NCBI GenBank assembly: GCA_963806225.1 | Contig: CAWDXG010000004.1 | Location: 4,064,001 to 4,128,000 of the forward strand | Direction of reading: 5' to 3' | Source of the DNA: an uncultured delta proteobacterium | GTDB lineage: Bacteria > Myxococcota_A > Polyangia > Polyangiales > Polyangiaceae | Length of the DNA: 64,000 nucleotides | In this document: positions 1 to 9,741 of the stretch, piece after piece | Numbering within the stretch: the stretch's first letter is position 1 | Layout of the letters: the number at the start of each line of letters is the position of its first letter | Made by a program: the position numbers and the translations under genes | The notes under the pieces: model-generated | Database searches by the model: none | The model's input: the letters and a program-made list of their open reading frames with translations, nothing else | Told to the model about the DNA's origin: nothing

Positions 1-1090
1 CGCGGCGCCAAATCGCCACGTCGTCGAACTCGCCGGATGCCTGGTACTGCGTCTCTGTGTTGTCCGCGAACGCCCCGAGCGAGAGCTCCGACGGCTGGTC
101 GAACGTGAACGGCGCGGCGAAGTTCGTGGTGCCCTTCGCGTCGAGGACCCCGTCGACGTACGCCTTCAGCGTCGCTGGCGCCTGACCCTGCTTGACCATC
201 GCGACGTGGTGCCACCTGCCGTCGTCGATCGGCTTCGTCCCGCAGAATCCGGCGCCATCGCCCTTGGTGCTCGCGACGTAGCCGGCGACGCGCCCGGTGC
301 CGTCCTGGTTCGGGCATTCGCTGAACGCCGCCGCGCAACCCAGCCAGAAGTGCGGGCGCACATCGGGGGCGGCGTCCTGCGTCCCGAGGTAGACGACGTT
401 CTGCGTGCAGTCCTGCGTTGTCTTGACCCAGAGCGCCCACGTAAAGTCCGTCGTTCCCGGCTCGAGCGGGCCGCCGGGCGGCACGGTCGTATAGGCCCGC
501 GACGTGATCGAATCCTCGTAGCCGACTCCGAACACCGCCGGGTCGAAGACTGCGCCCTCCCCGGATGGGGCGTCGAACTTCACGTTGATCGCCGCCGGGG
601 AACTGTCGACGAAGTCGTCGTCCAGGTGGAGCAGCAAGACGTTGTTCTTCATGTCGACGTTGCCGCCGGAATACCCGGTCTCGGCGGCGGCCCCGTCGGG
701 AAGAGGCTTGTCGTACGGAGCGCCAGGCGTCCATTCCAGCGCCGAAAGCTGGGTCGGCTTGCACAGGTCGAACACGCGCGAGACGTAGTCGCCGCTGCTC
801 TTGCCCGGGGCCAGGGCGACATGGTCGCCGCTCCAGGTAGTGTCCTGGAACTTCCCGAGCGCAAAGTCCGCCTGCGCCGAGTCCGAAAGGGCCGCGGAGC
901 ACGCGTCCGGAAGGCTGTGGTCTGCGCCGGAATCGGCGGCCCCAGAACCGGCGGCCCCACTGTCGGAGCCGGCGGGCTTTTCGAAGTTGTCGGTCGGGTA
1001 CAGGATTTGACAGCCGCCCAGCGCACCGGACAGGACTCCTGCGGCCAGCGCCGCAGAAACGCTCAACCGGTGGAACCAAGCTAGAGGCAC
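1..1090 (-). CDS. LamG/concanavalin-A-like jellyroll domain lipoprotein (3' end runs off the window)
   Basis: Absent from the ORF track; translated by hand from GTG at 1090: MPLAWFHRLSVSAALAAGVLSGALGGC (lipobox), then DFTWALWVKT, DDGRWHHVAMV, LKAYVDGVLD and GEFDDVAIW, typical Laminin_G_3 motifs. Confidence 0.8.
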   Translation of the reverse strand, partial: MPLAWFHRLSVSAALAAGVLSGALGGCQILYPTDNFEKPAGSDSGAAGSGAADSGADHSLPDACSAALSDSAQADFALGKFQDTTWSGDHVALAPGKSSGDYVSRVFDLCKPTQLSALEWTPGAPYDKPLPDGAAAETGYSGGNVDMKNNVLLLHLDDDFVDSSPAAINVKFDAPSGEGAVFDPAVFGVGYEDSITSRAYTTVPPGGPLEPGTTDFTWALWVKTTQDCTQNVVYLGTQDAAPDVRPHFWLGCAAAFSECPNQDGTGRVAGYVASTKGDGAGFCGTKPIDDGRWHHVAMVKQGQAPATLKAYVDGVLDAKGTTNFAAPFTFDQPSELSLGAFADNTETQYQASGEFDDVAIWRR

Positions 1091-1138
1091 ATTGCCATTC
1101 TACTCTGGTGTCCCGGGAGGCAGCAAACGCGGCCGACG

Positions 1139-2854
1139 TCAGGCGCCCGGCGCGCTGCGTCGCCCGCGCAACAGCTTGCCGGGCAGCGCACCGGTCGCTT
1201 CGCCGCTCTCGAAGATGACCTGGCCGTTCTTGAGCGTGAAGTCGTAGCCGCGCGCGCGCTGGACGAGGCGGCGACCGTCGGCGGGCAGATCGAAGGCCAT
1301 GTGCGGTGCTTCGAGGCGGAGGGCGGCGTGGTCGACGACGTTGATGTCGGCGAGCAGGCCGGGAGCGAGCTGTCCACGGTCTTCGAGGCCGTAGAGCTTC
1401 GCCGTCTTGGCCGTCTGCGTGTTCACGACGGCTTCGAGGGCGAGCTTGCGCCCGCGCGAGCGATCGCGCGCCCAGTGCGTGAGCAGGTACGTCGGGATGC
1501 TGGCGTCGCAGATGACGCCGCAGTGCGCGCCGCCGTCGCTGAGGCCCAGGCAGGTACGCGGGTGCTCGAGCAGCTCGGCGAGGTGATCCATGTGGCCGTG
1601 CGAGTAGTTGAAGATCGGGAAGTAGACGATGCCCCAGCCGTCCTTCTCCATCAGCCAGTCGTAGACGACGTCGCGCGGCGAGCGGCCCTCGCGCTGGGCG
1701 ATGGCGGCGGCGCTCTGTGAAGGATCCGGCTCGTACTCGGGGTCGTCGCCGAGGCGGTACATCTTGTCGTAGCTCCGCACAATGAAGTCCTCGAACTCGC
1801 CGACCGAGAGCGGATCCTCGCCGACGATCTTCGCGCGCACTTCCGGCTTGCGCAGCTCGACCAGGCGCTCGGCGACCGGCATCCAGTGCAAGCCCATGTA
1901 CGTCGGATGGACCAGGAACGGGTGCGCGGTGCCCGCCCAGCTCATGAGCACGCCTGCGGGGCGGCCGGCGACCTGCGCGTAGAGCGGCTCGTTCGCGGCG
2001 GCGGCTGCTTCCAGCTCCCGCACCACGTCACGCCACAGCTCCGGCGCCGGATCCGACTGCACGAGGTTGAAGCTCACCGGCAGCCCGAGCTCCCGCGCCA
2101 TGCGGCGCATCCATGGGATTTCCTTGGGCATATCGGTGTGGTTGCTGGTCATCTGGAACACGCCGGAGCCGCCGCGGCGCATGCCCTCTGCAATGCCAAA
2201 CAGCTCGTCTTCCGCGGCGAACGTGCCAGGGACGAGCTCGCCGTCGATGCCTTTGTGGATCAGCGTCCGCGACGTGGAAAAGCCGAGCGAGCCGGCGCGG
2301 ATGCCCTCTTCGACGATGGCCGCCATCTTCGCGATGTCGTCCTCGGTCGCCGCTTCGTTCTTCGCGCCGCGCTGGCCCATCACGTACGCACGCAGCGCGC
2401 CGTGCGGGACCTGCGCGCCAATGTCGAGCGCGCGCGGCTTCTTCTCGATCGCGTCCATGTACTCGGGGAAGGACTCCCACTCCCACTGCATTCCCTCGGT
2501 CATGGCTGCGCCGGGGATGTCCTCCACGCCTTCCATCAGCCCGATCAACCAGTCGTGCTCGTCGGGTTTGGCGGGAGCGAAGCCCACGCCGCAGTTGCCC
2601 ATCACCAGCGTGGTCACGCCGTGCCAGCTCGAGGGCGTGACGTACGGGTCCCACGTTACCTGCGCGTCGTAGTGCGTGTGCACGTCGACCCAGCCGGGCA
2701 AGACGAGCTTGCCGCGCGCGTCGATCTCGCGGCGCGCCGGGCCTGCGTTTCCGACGGCCGCAATGCGGTCGCCGTCGACGGCCACGTCGCCCTCGAACGC
2801 CGCGCGGCCGCTGCCGTCGACGATGGTTCCACCCTTGATGACGAGATCGTGCAT
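1139..2854 (-). CDS. N-acyl-D-amino-acid deacylase family amidohydrolase
   Basis: DLVIKGGTIVDGSG, PGWVDVHTHYD, GVTTLVMGNCG, SDGGAH, RGQLAPGLLADINV. Confidence 0.92.
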   Translation of the reverse strand: MHDLVIKGGTIVDGSGRAAFEGDVAVDGDRIAAVGNAGPARREIDARGKLVLPGWVDVHTHYDAQVTWDPYVTPSSWHGVTTLVMGNCGVGFAPAKPDEHDWLIGLMEGVEDIPGAAMTEGMQWEWESFPEYMDAIEKKPRALDIGAQVPHGALRAYVMGQRGAKNEAATEDDIAKMAAIVEEGIRAGSLGFSTSRTLIHKGIDGELVPGTFAAEDELFGIAEGMRRGGSGVFQMTSNHTDMPKEIPWMRRMARELGLPVSFNLVQSDPAPELWRDVVRELEAAAAANEPLYAQVAGRPAGVLMSWAGTAHPFLVHPTYMGLHWMPVAERLVELRKPEVRAKIVGEDPLSVGEFEDFIVRSYDKMYRLGDDPEYEPDPSQSAAAIAQREGRSPRDVVYDWLMEKDGWGIVYFPIFNYSHGHMDHLAELLEHPRTCLGLSDGGAHCGVICDASIPTYLLTHWARDRSRGRKLALEAVVNTQTAKTAKLYGLEDRGQLAPGLLADINVVDHAALRLEAPHMAFDLPADGRRLVQRARGYDFTLKNGQVIFESGEATGALPGKLLRGRRSAPGA

Positions 2855-2878
2855 GTCTTTCTTCCCTGTTGAAAAAGG

Positions 2879-3583
2879 CTAGGCACTGGCGCCGAGCAGC
2901 ATGCGCTGCACGCCGGTGAGAGCTGTCTGCCGCGCGGCGGCGTCGTCCAACGACTCGGGCGCCGGCTCGAAGTGGCGATGGACCGCGAACCACGTGAGCG
3001 TCTCGCTCAGCATGCGCGCAGCAGCCACGGCATCCGGTTGCGATGCGAAGTAACCGCCCTGGACGCGCAGCTCGATCCAGCGCGAAAGCCGACGGTTGAG
3101 CTGGCGGCGCCCCTTGACGAACCACGCTTCGCCGAGCTCCGGCACGTCGCGTGCCGCCGTCGCGATCAGCTTGATGCGCACGCGGCCCGCGTAGAGCGTG
3201 TCGTAGATCTCGGCGAGCACCCGGGCGACCTCGACCCGGACGTCGTCGGGCTCGTCGGTCTTGAGCGCGCGCGCGAGCGCCGGGAAGCGCCCGCGGCCCT
3301 GGATGCGCGCGGCGACCAGCTCCTGCGTGGCGCCGGGAGGCGGCGTCTTCACGGGCAGCTCCGCCGGCTCGGACAGCGCCTCGACGCGATCGGCGTGGCG
3401 CAGCGCCAGATCGAACAGCGCCTCCTTGCTCTCGACGTACAGATACACCGTGCCTTTGGCCACGCCGAGCGCACGCGCCACGTCGTCGATCTGCGTGCGC
3501 GCGAAGCCGCCGGACTCGATGAACACGCGCGTCGCGGTGGTCACGAGCCGGTCGAAGCGATCGGCAGGGCGCCGGCGGGACAT
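2879..3583 (-). CDS. TetR/AcrR family transcriptional regulator
   Basis: HTH TQIDDVARALGVAKGTVYLYVESKEALF. Confidence 0.92.
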   Translation of the reverse strand: MSRRRPADRFDRLVTTATRVFIESGGFARTQIDDVARALGVAKGTVYLYVESKEALFDLALRHADRVEALSEPAELPVKTPPPGATQELVAARIQGRGRFPALARALKTDEPDDVRVEVARVLAEIYDTLYAGRVRIKLIATAARDVPELGEAWFVKGRRQLNRRLSRWIELRVQGGYFASQPDAVAAARMLSETLTWFAVHRHFEPAPESLDDAAARQTALTGVQRMLLGASA

Positions 3584-3591
3584 GGCCGCGG

Positions 3592-3619
3592 ACTATAACT
3601 GACTGGGCAAGTCAGTCAA
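3592..3619 (-). promoter_or_regulatory. Sigma70-like promoter (TTGACT-N16-TATAGT) overlapped by an inverted-repeat operator ACTGACT-N5-AGTCAGT
   Basis: Minus-strand -35 at 3619-3614 and -10 at 3597-3592; perfect 7-bp inverted repeat at 3598-3616; ATG 8 nt below the -10 with no RBS. Confidence 0.7.
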
Positions 3620-3658
3620 GTGTAAATGGGTGACCAGGTGCAGGAGGACAGGGAGCGC

Positions 3659-4207
3659 TCACTTCCAGGTGCAGCCTTGCTCCTCGCACAACTGTTGACC
3701 GGTGAAGGTGTCACAGGCGCGCGGCATCCCGGTGCAGCTGTCGTCGGGATTGCCGAAGGCGTCGTATCCGATCTGCAGGTCGCAGCCAATGATGTCCGGA
3801 CAGGGTGGGTACAGCGGGCAGGTGTCCGGAATTCCCTGACAGGACTTCCCGTGGGAGCTGGCGGCCGACGGACCGCCCGTCGACTGTCGCTGGCACTGGA
3901 AGCAGCCGTCGCTGGCGCACATCTGGAACTGTTCCCTGTTCCCTGACCAGGTGAGCGTGCCGTCACTGGTTTCGGCCTGCCCGCCCGGGTCGATGCGGAT
4001 CTGGCCGAGGTAGCAGGCACCGTTCTGGCGCTGCATCGAGCCCGTCACACTGTCGCTGTCGTACGTGCAGACGTAGGTGCCCGAGCACGCGCCCACCAGA
4101 CTCTGCTTGCTGGACGCGCTGCCGCCGGCGCCGCCGCATGCCGGCAGAGCGAGGCACAACAGGGGAATGGAGGCGAGGCCAAATGGGACGAGCTTCGTGA
4201 TGTTCAT
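3659..4207 (-). CDS. Cysteine-rich lipoprotein, hypothetical
   Basis: MNITKLVPFGLASIPLLCLALPAC lipobox; many Cys in the mature part. Confidence 0.7.
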   Translation of the reverse strand: MNITKLVPFGLASIPLLCLALPACGGAGGSASSKQSLVGACSGTYVCTYDSDSVTGSMQRQNGACYLGQIRIDPGGQAETSDGTLTWSGNREQFQMCASDGCFQCQRQSTGGPSAASSHGKSCQGIPDTCPLYPPCPDIIGCDLQIGYDAFGNPDDSCTGMPRACDTFTGQQLCEEQGCTWK

Positions 4208-4449
4208 GCCCGGTACTCGGACGCTGCGCAGTTCGGTTGCGTTCTTTCTTTCGACGCCCCATTTTCGCATCGCGTCACGACGCGGGCCCGCGCCGGACCT
4301 TGCGCGCGCGGATCCACAGCCCCATCTTGATCGCGCTCAAGTAGCCATTCGTGCGCCCCGGCTCCGGGCCAGGTTGGCGCGAAGAGGGGACGCAGGAGTG
4401 TCGTGCAATGCAACCGGATGGCGCATTGCCGAATCGAAGGAGGGGAACC

Positions 4450-4887
4450 ATGGCAAAGAGCACAAGGGAAGACGCCCTGCGCGAGATCAAGGACACATTT
4501 GGCCTTGTTCCCGAGTGGCTGCGTCAGGTTCCGGCCACGGCGCTGCCGGGGCTCTGGGGCCAGATGAGCGAGTTCTACCTCGCCGAGACGAAGGTCCCGA
4601 ACAAGTACAAGGAACTGATCGGGATCGCGGTCTCCGGCGCGACGCGCTGCCGCTACTGCGCCGTGTTCCACACGGAGCTGGCGCGGGTGCACGGCGCAAC
4701 GGACGACGAGATCGCCGAGGCGAGCATGATGGGGGCAATGTCGATGAACGCGAGCACGTTCGTGAACGCGCAGCAGATCGACTACGAGCAGTTCCGTAGG
4801 GAGACGCTCCAGGCCGTCGAGTACGTGAAGAGCAAGATGGCCAAGAGCGGAAAGCAGGCCTCGCGTGAGCAGAGACCCCACGCCTGA
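4450..4887 (+). CDS. Carboxymuconolactone decarboxylase / AhpD-like protein
   Basis: KYKELIGIAVS...CRYC..FH...GATDDEIAEA; GGAGG RBS upstream of ATG 4450. Confidence 0.88.
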   Translation: MAKSTREDALREIKDTFGLVPEWLRQVPATALPGLWGQMSEFYLAETKVPNKYKELIGIAVSGATRCRYCAVFHTELARVHGATDDEIAEASMMGAMSMNASTFVNAQQIDYEQFRRETLQAVEYVKSKMAKSGKQASREQRPHA

Positions 4888-5170
4888 CCCGATGCTGCTC
4901 GGTCGCTTCGCGGCGGATGATCTACTCCGCCGCGAAGGCGACGCCTATCGCACCACGCGCCGCTGGCAGGCCGCTATGGCCCGCGCAGCGGTGCAGCTCT
5001 ACGAGCGGGGCGGCGAAGAGCGGGCGAAGGAGGATCTGCGCGTCCCCATCGCACTCGCGCTCGTCGAGATCTATGGCGCCGACACGCCCGACGAGACGCT
5101 CGCCACCTGGATCGAGACATTGCTGCCGATCGAGGAGGCGGAGGTCATGCCGCGAGCGGCAGCGCGCTGA
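4865..5170 (+). CDS. Hypothetical protein
   Basis: 101-aa ORF with coding-like codon usage overlapping the end of the AhpD-like gene. Confidence 0.55.
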   Translation: MSRDPTPDPMLLGRFAADDLLRREGDAYRTTRRWQAAMARAAVQLYERGGEERAKEDLRVPIALALVEIYGADTPDETLATWIETLLPIEEAEVMPRAAAR

Positions 5171-5240
5171 GCGGCGGCGCGGGCAGTGGCGGCAAACGGT
5201 ACGATCATGAAGCTCACTCCGAAGTAGCGCCGAGGCGCCG

Positions 5241-8099
5241 CTACCGCTTGAGCTTTTTCAACCGCGGATTCGTCGGATCGAGCTTCTTCGCCTGGGCGGC
5301 GGCTTTGCGGGCTGCGGGGCGGTTGGGCACCTTTGCGTAGGCCTCGGCTAGCAGGGCGTAGGCGTCGGCCTTCTGCTTGTCGGTGCCCTTGCACAGCACA
5401 GCCGTTTCCAGCTCGTAGATGGCGCGCGGGTACATCTTCGCGCCGATCAGCGCCTGGGCGAACAGCGTGTGCATCTGCATGTTCTCCATGTCCGCATAGA
5501 TGCCCATATCGCCGAATTTCACGGCCTCTTTGTACAGCTTCTTCTCGACCAGGGCCTGCACCAGCCGGCGATAGACACGGCCGTCGTGCTCTTCGAGCAG
5601 CGCCAGCTTTCTGAGGCCCGCGAGCTCCGCGTCCTTGTCGTGCTGCTTGTGCGCGAGATCCACCAGCGCCTCGAGCGGCTCCGCCTGGGAGGAGTCGAAG
5701 GCGGCGGCCTTCTCGAACGCGGCCTTCATGCCCGCCACGTCCTTCTTCGCCTCGGCGAGATCGGCCAGCGCCATCTCCACCACGTAGCCGTCGTGACCGG
5801 CTGCCACGAGCTTGTGCAGTGCCGCCGCCGCGCCCGCCGCGTTGTGCTTGGCCATCGCGATGCGTGCCGACAGCCACACCGCGTCGGGATAGGCTGGATC
5901 GGCCGCCAGTGCAGCGGCGACGGCCTTCTCCGCCTCTTCGCCCTTGCGCTGGGCGAGCGCGGCCAGCGCGTACTCGATCTGCGCCTTCGCGTCGCCCGGC
6001 GCCTTCACAGCCGCGGCCCTGGCCTTGTCGTAGTCGCCGGCGCGCTGGAGCGGGACGAACTGCGTCCTGTAGCGCTCGAGCTTCCGCTCGATGTACTTGC
6101 GGAACTCCGCGTCGAGGTCGGCCGTGCTGACGCCGAGCGCCGTCTGGACGACCTCCGGCGTGCGCTTGCCCTGACCCCAGAGCGTGAGCATCTGGTCCAC
6201 CTTCGGCATGCCGTAGTGATCGGCGAGCATGACCAGGATGCGGCTCGAGGCGTAGTACGCCATGGCCACATCGCTCAGCTGGGAGGCGCGGGTGAAGGCG
6301 CGGTTCATGTTGCCGACCTTGGGCAGCCGGTCCGCACGTAGGGCGCGGTACAGCGCCAGATCCTGCTCGCGCTTCCACTCGGGACGGCGCTCCAGCGTCT
6401 CGTACTCGGCCAGCCCCTCGGTGAACCAGCGCGGCACGTGGCTCTTCGACATCTGGATGTGGAAGACGTGCGACAGCTCGTGCCACAGCGTCATGCCGAT
6501 GTTGAAGTGCTCGATTTCCGGGCTCATCGAGGCAAGCGTCTTGCCGAAGCACACGCCCTGGATGGCGGTCTGCGGCAGACCGCTGGTGCGAATCGCAAAG
6601 TTCTGCCGCTCGGCATACAGCTCGACCCCGATGGGGTGGCTCGGCGTGAAGCGATACTCCTTGACCATCTCGTGCCAGGCGTGGCTGAGCATCTGCGGCA
6701 CGTAGCGCTCGAGAATCGCTTTCTCGTCCTTCTTGTAGCGGATGGTGAAGAGCTTGTACTTCACCGTCGTGTACTCGCGCGGGATGACCTTCTCGTACAG
6801 GTTCAGCGTGTTGAAGACGCGGACGTTGTACGGGTCCTTGTCGAAGGCGCTTCGCAGGGCCTTGAGCGCATCGGGGTCGTCGCCGGCGCGGATCAGATTC
6901 AGGCCGAGCTGCGCGTACGCCTTGGCGTCGTCAGGATCGATCTGCACGGCCTTCCGCATCATCTTGACGATGTCGTCGTAGCGGTGCTCCCAGTCCGCGT
7001 AGTCGCCGATGATGCGATACATGCGCGAGTACTCGGAGTTGAGCCCCAGCACCTTGGCCTCGGCCTTCTCGAGACCGGGCTTGTCATCGGCGAGGAAGCG
7101 CACCGCCGCCTTCATGCTCAGGAGATCGAGGTTTTCCGGGTCGAACTTCAGCCCGGCATCGGCCTCCTTGTCCGACTCGTCGAACTCCCCGTCGCGCAAC
7201 CGGATGCCGGCGAGCACGAAGTAGGCGCCGGCCAGCCTGGGATTGACCTTCAGCGCCTCGTCGACGTGGTGCTCGGCCGCATCGAAGTCGAGTGCCTGGT
7301 CGAGCTTGACGTGCGCCATCCACACGTGGGCTTCCGGGTTGTTCGGCGCCTTCTTCAGGACCTCGCGCGTCACCTCCTCGGCGTGACCGGGGTCGTATTT
7401 CTCGAGGAACAGCTCGGCGCGCCAGAGCAGCGTCTGGATATCCCCGGGCTTGGCCCGCTCGGCCTGGTTGAACGCGTCGTTGGCGTCGCGCGGGCTTCTG
7501 AGCAGGTACGCGGCGCGGCCGACCATGGAAAGGCCGTCACCGTCGTTCTCGGTGATGCGGTCGTTGTTGTAGTCGTCGACAATCGTCATCAACGGCGCTT
7601 CGGCGTCGCTGCGCTTGCCCTGCTCGATCAGGATCTCGCCGAGCAGGAGCCGCGCGCGGCGCGCCGCCGGATCGTTTTCCACCTTGCGCAGGGCCTTGAC
7701 CGCGTCGGCGAGCTTGCCCTGACGCCTGAGCACCTCGCCCTCGAGCCACGCCGCCCGGGGGCGGAGCTTCTTTTCGCGGACGCGGCGCGCTGTCTGGATG
7801 GCCTTCGGGTAGCGCCCGGTCTCCATCATCACCTGCGCGAGGCCGAGGTCGGCCTCGCCGCGCTGGCGGCCGACAGCAGCCCGCTTGAAGTCCTTTTCCG
7901 CCTCGGCGTACTTGCTCGCCTCGAACTCCTGCTTGGCGTTCTTCAGCCGTTCTGCCGGGCTCACGCGCGGTGCGGCAGCACGCGCATGCCCGGCAGCGCG
8001 TGGATGCGCGGCCGGGCGAGCGACGGCCGGCGAGCAGGCCGAAAGCAGCGTCGCGAGAACCAGCGGCGCAGAGAACCAGGCACACTTCATGAGGCGCAT
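5241..8099 (-). CDS. TPR-repeat lipoprotein with a gluzincin (peptidase MA-like) domain
   Basis: Lipobox LLSAC; many TPR-like helical repeats; WHELSH followed by PRWFTEGLAEY. Confidence 0.85.
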   Translation of the reverse strand: MRLMKCAWFSAPLVLATLLSACSPAVARPAAHPRAAGHARAAAPRVSPAERLKNAKQEFEASKYAEAEKDFKRAAVGRQRGEADLGLAQVMMETGRYPKAIQTARRVREKKLRPRAAWLEGEVLRRQGKLADAVKALRKVENDPAARRARLLLGEILIEQGKRSDAEAPLMTIVDDYNNDRITENDGDGLSMVGRAAYLLRSPRDANDAFNQAERAKPGDIQTLLWRAELFLEKYDPGHAEEVTREVLKKAPNNPEAHVWMAHVKLDQALDFDAAEHHVDEALKVNPRLAGAYFVLAGIRLRDGEFDESDKEADAGLKFDPENLDLLSMKAAVRFLADDKPGLEKAEAKVLGLNSEYSRMYRIIGDYADWEHRYDDIVKMMRKAVQIDPDDAKAYAQLGLNLIRAGDDPDALKALRSAFDKDPYNVRVFNTLNLYEKVIPREYTTVKYKLFTIRYKKDEKAILERYVPQMLSHAWHEMVKEYRFTPSHPIGVELYAERQNFAIRTSGLPQTAIQGVCFGKTLASMSPEIEHFNIGMTLWHELSHVFHIQMSKSHVPRWFTEGLAEYETLERRPEWKREQDLALYRALRADRLPKVGNMNRAFTRASQLSDVAMAYYASSRILVMLADHYGMPKVDQMLTLWGQGKRTPEVVQTALGVSTADLDAEFRKYIERKLERYRTQFVPLQRAGDYDKARAAAVKAPGDAKAQIEYALAALAQRKGEEAEKAVAAALAADPAYPDAVWLSARIAMAKHNAAGAAAALHKLVAAGHDGYVVEMALADLAEAKKDVAGMKAAFEKAAAFDSSQAEPLEALVDLAHKQHDKDAELAGLRKLALLEEHDGRVYRRLVQALVEKKLYKEAVKFGDMGIYADMENMQMHTLFAQALIGAKMYPRAIYELETAVLCKGTDKQKADAYALLAEAYAKVPNRPAARKAAAQAKKLDPTNPRLKKLKR

Positions 8100-8166
8100 C
8101 TTGTCCGACAAGGCCAGACGGTGCCAGCTTGGGAAGAGCCGCTACGTCGACCCGGCGGCGGTGCGG

Positions 8167-8982
8167 CTACGGATCCAGGCGGGGGCCCGGCTCGCGGCGC
8201 ACGGTGACCTCGAACCCGGGGCCGACGCCCAGCGCCTGGGCGGCGCTGCTATCGCGGCGCGCCAGCTCCAGCGTCCCGAACGAGTTGATGACGCCCACGT
8301 ACTCGCCCGGCTCCGCCTCGGCGTACGTCGAGCACAGGCGCCGTTCCACCTTGCCCACGCACACCCACGGCTCGTCGAAGTCCGACAGAAGCGCCTGGTC
8401 GATATTCGTGATCAGGTTGCCGAAGCGGTCGACGGTGATGACTCGACCCTCGACGCGACCCTCGACGCGGCGCGGCAGGGGGATGTCGAGGCTGATCTCG
8501 GGCGCCTTCTCGGCACCGATGTCGTGGAAGGCGATGTGGCCCGAGGCAAGCTCCGCGGCGACGGGTGCGAACACGTCTCGGCCGTGGAAGGTGCGGCTGG
8601 GCTCGGGCAGCCCGAGACCGTCGGCGTCGATCCCGCGCACCTCCACGTCGCCCGCGCGCGCGAGCACGCCACTGAACAAGCCGTTGTCCGGGCCAACGAA
8701 GTAGTGGCCATCGGCGTGGATAGCCAGCGTGCCGCGGCCACTGCCCACGCCGGGATCGACGACCGCAACGTGCACGGTGGCGTCGGGAAACCAGGAGTAG
8801 CTGCGCTCCATCCAGAAGCTTGCCTCGACCAGATCCTGCGCGCGGATGCCGTGGCACAGGTCCACGATGCGCGCGTCGGGAAAGCGGCCCAGGATGACGC
8901 CCTTCATCACGCCGACGAACGGATCCTCGAGCCCGAAGTCGGTCAGCAGTGTCAGCACCCCGCACGGTTTTCGTTTCGACAT
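8167..8982 (-). CDS. SAM hydroxide adenosyltransferase / SAM-dependent halogenase family (DUF62)
   Basis: LLTDFG, VVDPGVG, GPDNG, TFHGRDVFAP, DRFGNLITN. Confidence 0.93.
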   Translation of the reverse strand: MSKRKPCGVLTLLTDFGLEDPFVGVMKGVILGRFPDARIVDLCHGIRAQDLVEASFWMERSYSWFPDATVHVAVVDPGVGSGRGTLAIHADGHYFVGPDNGLFSGVLARAGDVEVRGIDADGLGLPEPSRTFHGRDVFAPVAAELASGHIAFHDIGAEKAPEISLDIPLPRRVEGRVEGRVITVDRFGNLITNIDQALLSDFDEPWVCVGKVERRLCSTYAEAEPGEYVGVINSFGTLELARRDSSAAQALGVGPGFEVTVRREPGPRLDP

Positions 8983-9060
8983 GGCTCATAGGTAGATCGC
9001 CCAGCGCGGAGCGCAAACGACAGCTTGTGCGACCGCGGCGGGCGTGTTGGCATCCGGGCC

Positions 9061-9540
9061 GTGGGCTACGTGGTCTTCGCACAGGCGGACAGCGGACAGA
9101 TCGACCTCGCGAAGGTCCTGAAGAACGCGCGGAGCTTCTTCCAGGCTTCGGTGGAGGTGCTGGGCGAGGAGCTCCTGCCGCCGGGCTTCTCGCCGCCGGA
9201 GGGGAGCCGCGTCCGCCTGGAGCTGTCGAGCGAGCGGCATGGCTGGCGCGCGCGCTTCACGATCGCGTCGCGCCCTGCCAATCACGACGACCACGAATAT
9301 GCGAACGCAGCCGAAGCGGCGAGCCGCGCCTCGGGCATGGCGCTGCTCGCCGAGCGCTGCCGCTTCGTGTGGGAGATCGAGCCGGAGGGCGACGAGGTCG
9401 AGCGGGCGACGCTCACGCTGTGCGGCGCGCTCGCGTCGGTCGGCCTCGGGCCCGTGATGCCGGAGGACCGCTCCACGCTGTTCGGCGTGCGCGGCGCGAT
9501 GGAGCGGATCGAGCGCCTGGAAAAGGGCGCGTACCGCTGA
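9061..9540 (+). CDS. Hypothetical protein
   Basis: ORF 9025-9540 with good codon bias; likely GTG start at 9061. Confidence 0.6.
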   Translation: MGYVVFAQADSGQIDLAKVLKNARSFFQASVEVLGEELLPPGFSPPEGSRVRLELSSERHGWRARFTIASRPANHDDHEYANAAEAASRASGMALLAERCRFVWEIEPEGDEVERATLTLCGALASVGLGPVMPEDRSTLFGVRGAMERIERLEKGAYR

Positions 9541-9722
9541 ACGTCCGCCGAGACCTCGACGCGGTATTCGTTTCCGATCTCGTCGTAGACGACGTGCACG
9601 CGAACAGGGCGGCAGCAGACCGAGCAGTCCTCGATGTAGTCCTGCTCTTCACCGCCGCCCGGGTCGGTGTCGAGATCGAGCGGCTGTCCGCAGTGGGGGC
9701 AGAGCGGCATGGTCGTCTGCAA
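9282..9722 (-). CDS. CPXCG-motif cysteine-rich protein (family-like part about 9540-9722; expected stop missing, frame reads on to 9282)
   Basis: CPHCG...QDYIEDCSVCCRP; GGAGG RBS before TTG at 9722. Confidence 0.75.
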   Translation of the reverse strand: MQTTMPLCPHCGQPLDLDTDPGGGEEQDYIEDCSVCCRPVRVHVVYDEIGNEYRVEVSADVQRYAPFSRRSIRSIAPRTPNSVERSSGITGPRPTDASAPHSVSVARSTSSPSGSISHTKRQRSASSAMPEARLAASAAFAYSWSS

Positions 9723-9741
9723 TGCTACGCCCCCTCCGGAC

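Noticed and set aside
8167..8982. Fluorinase/chlorinase natural-product locus
   Set aside because: The sequence fits the widespread DUF62 family and there are no biosynthetic genes nearby
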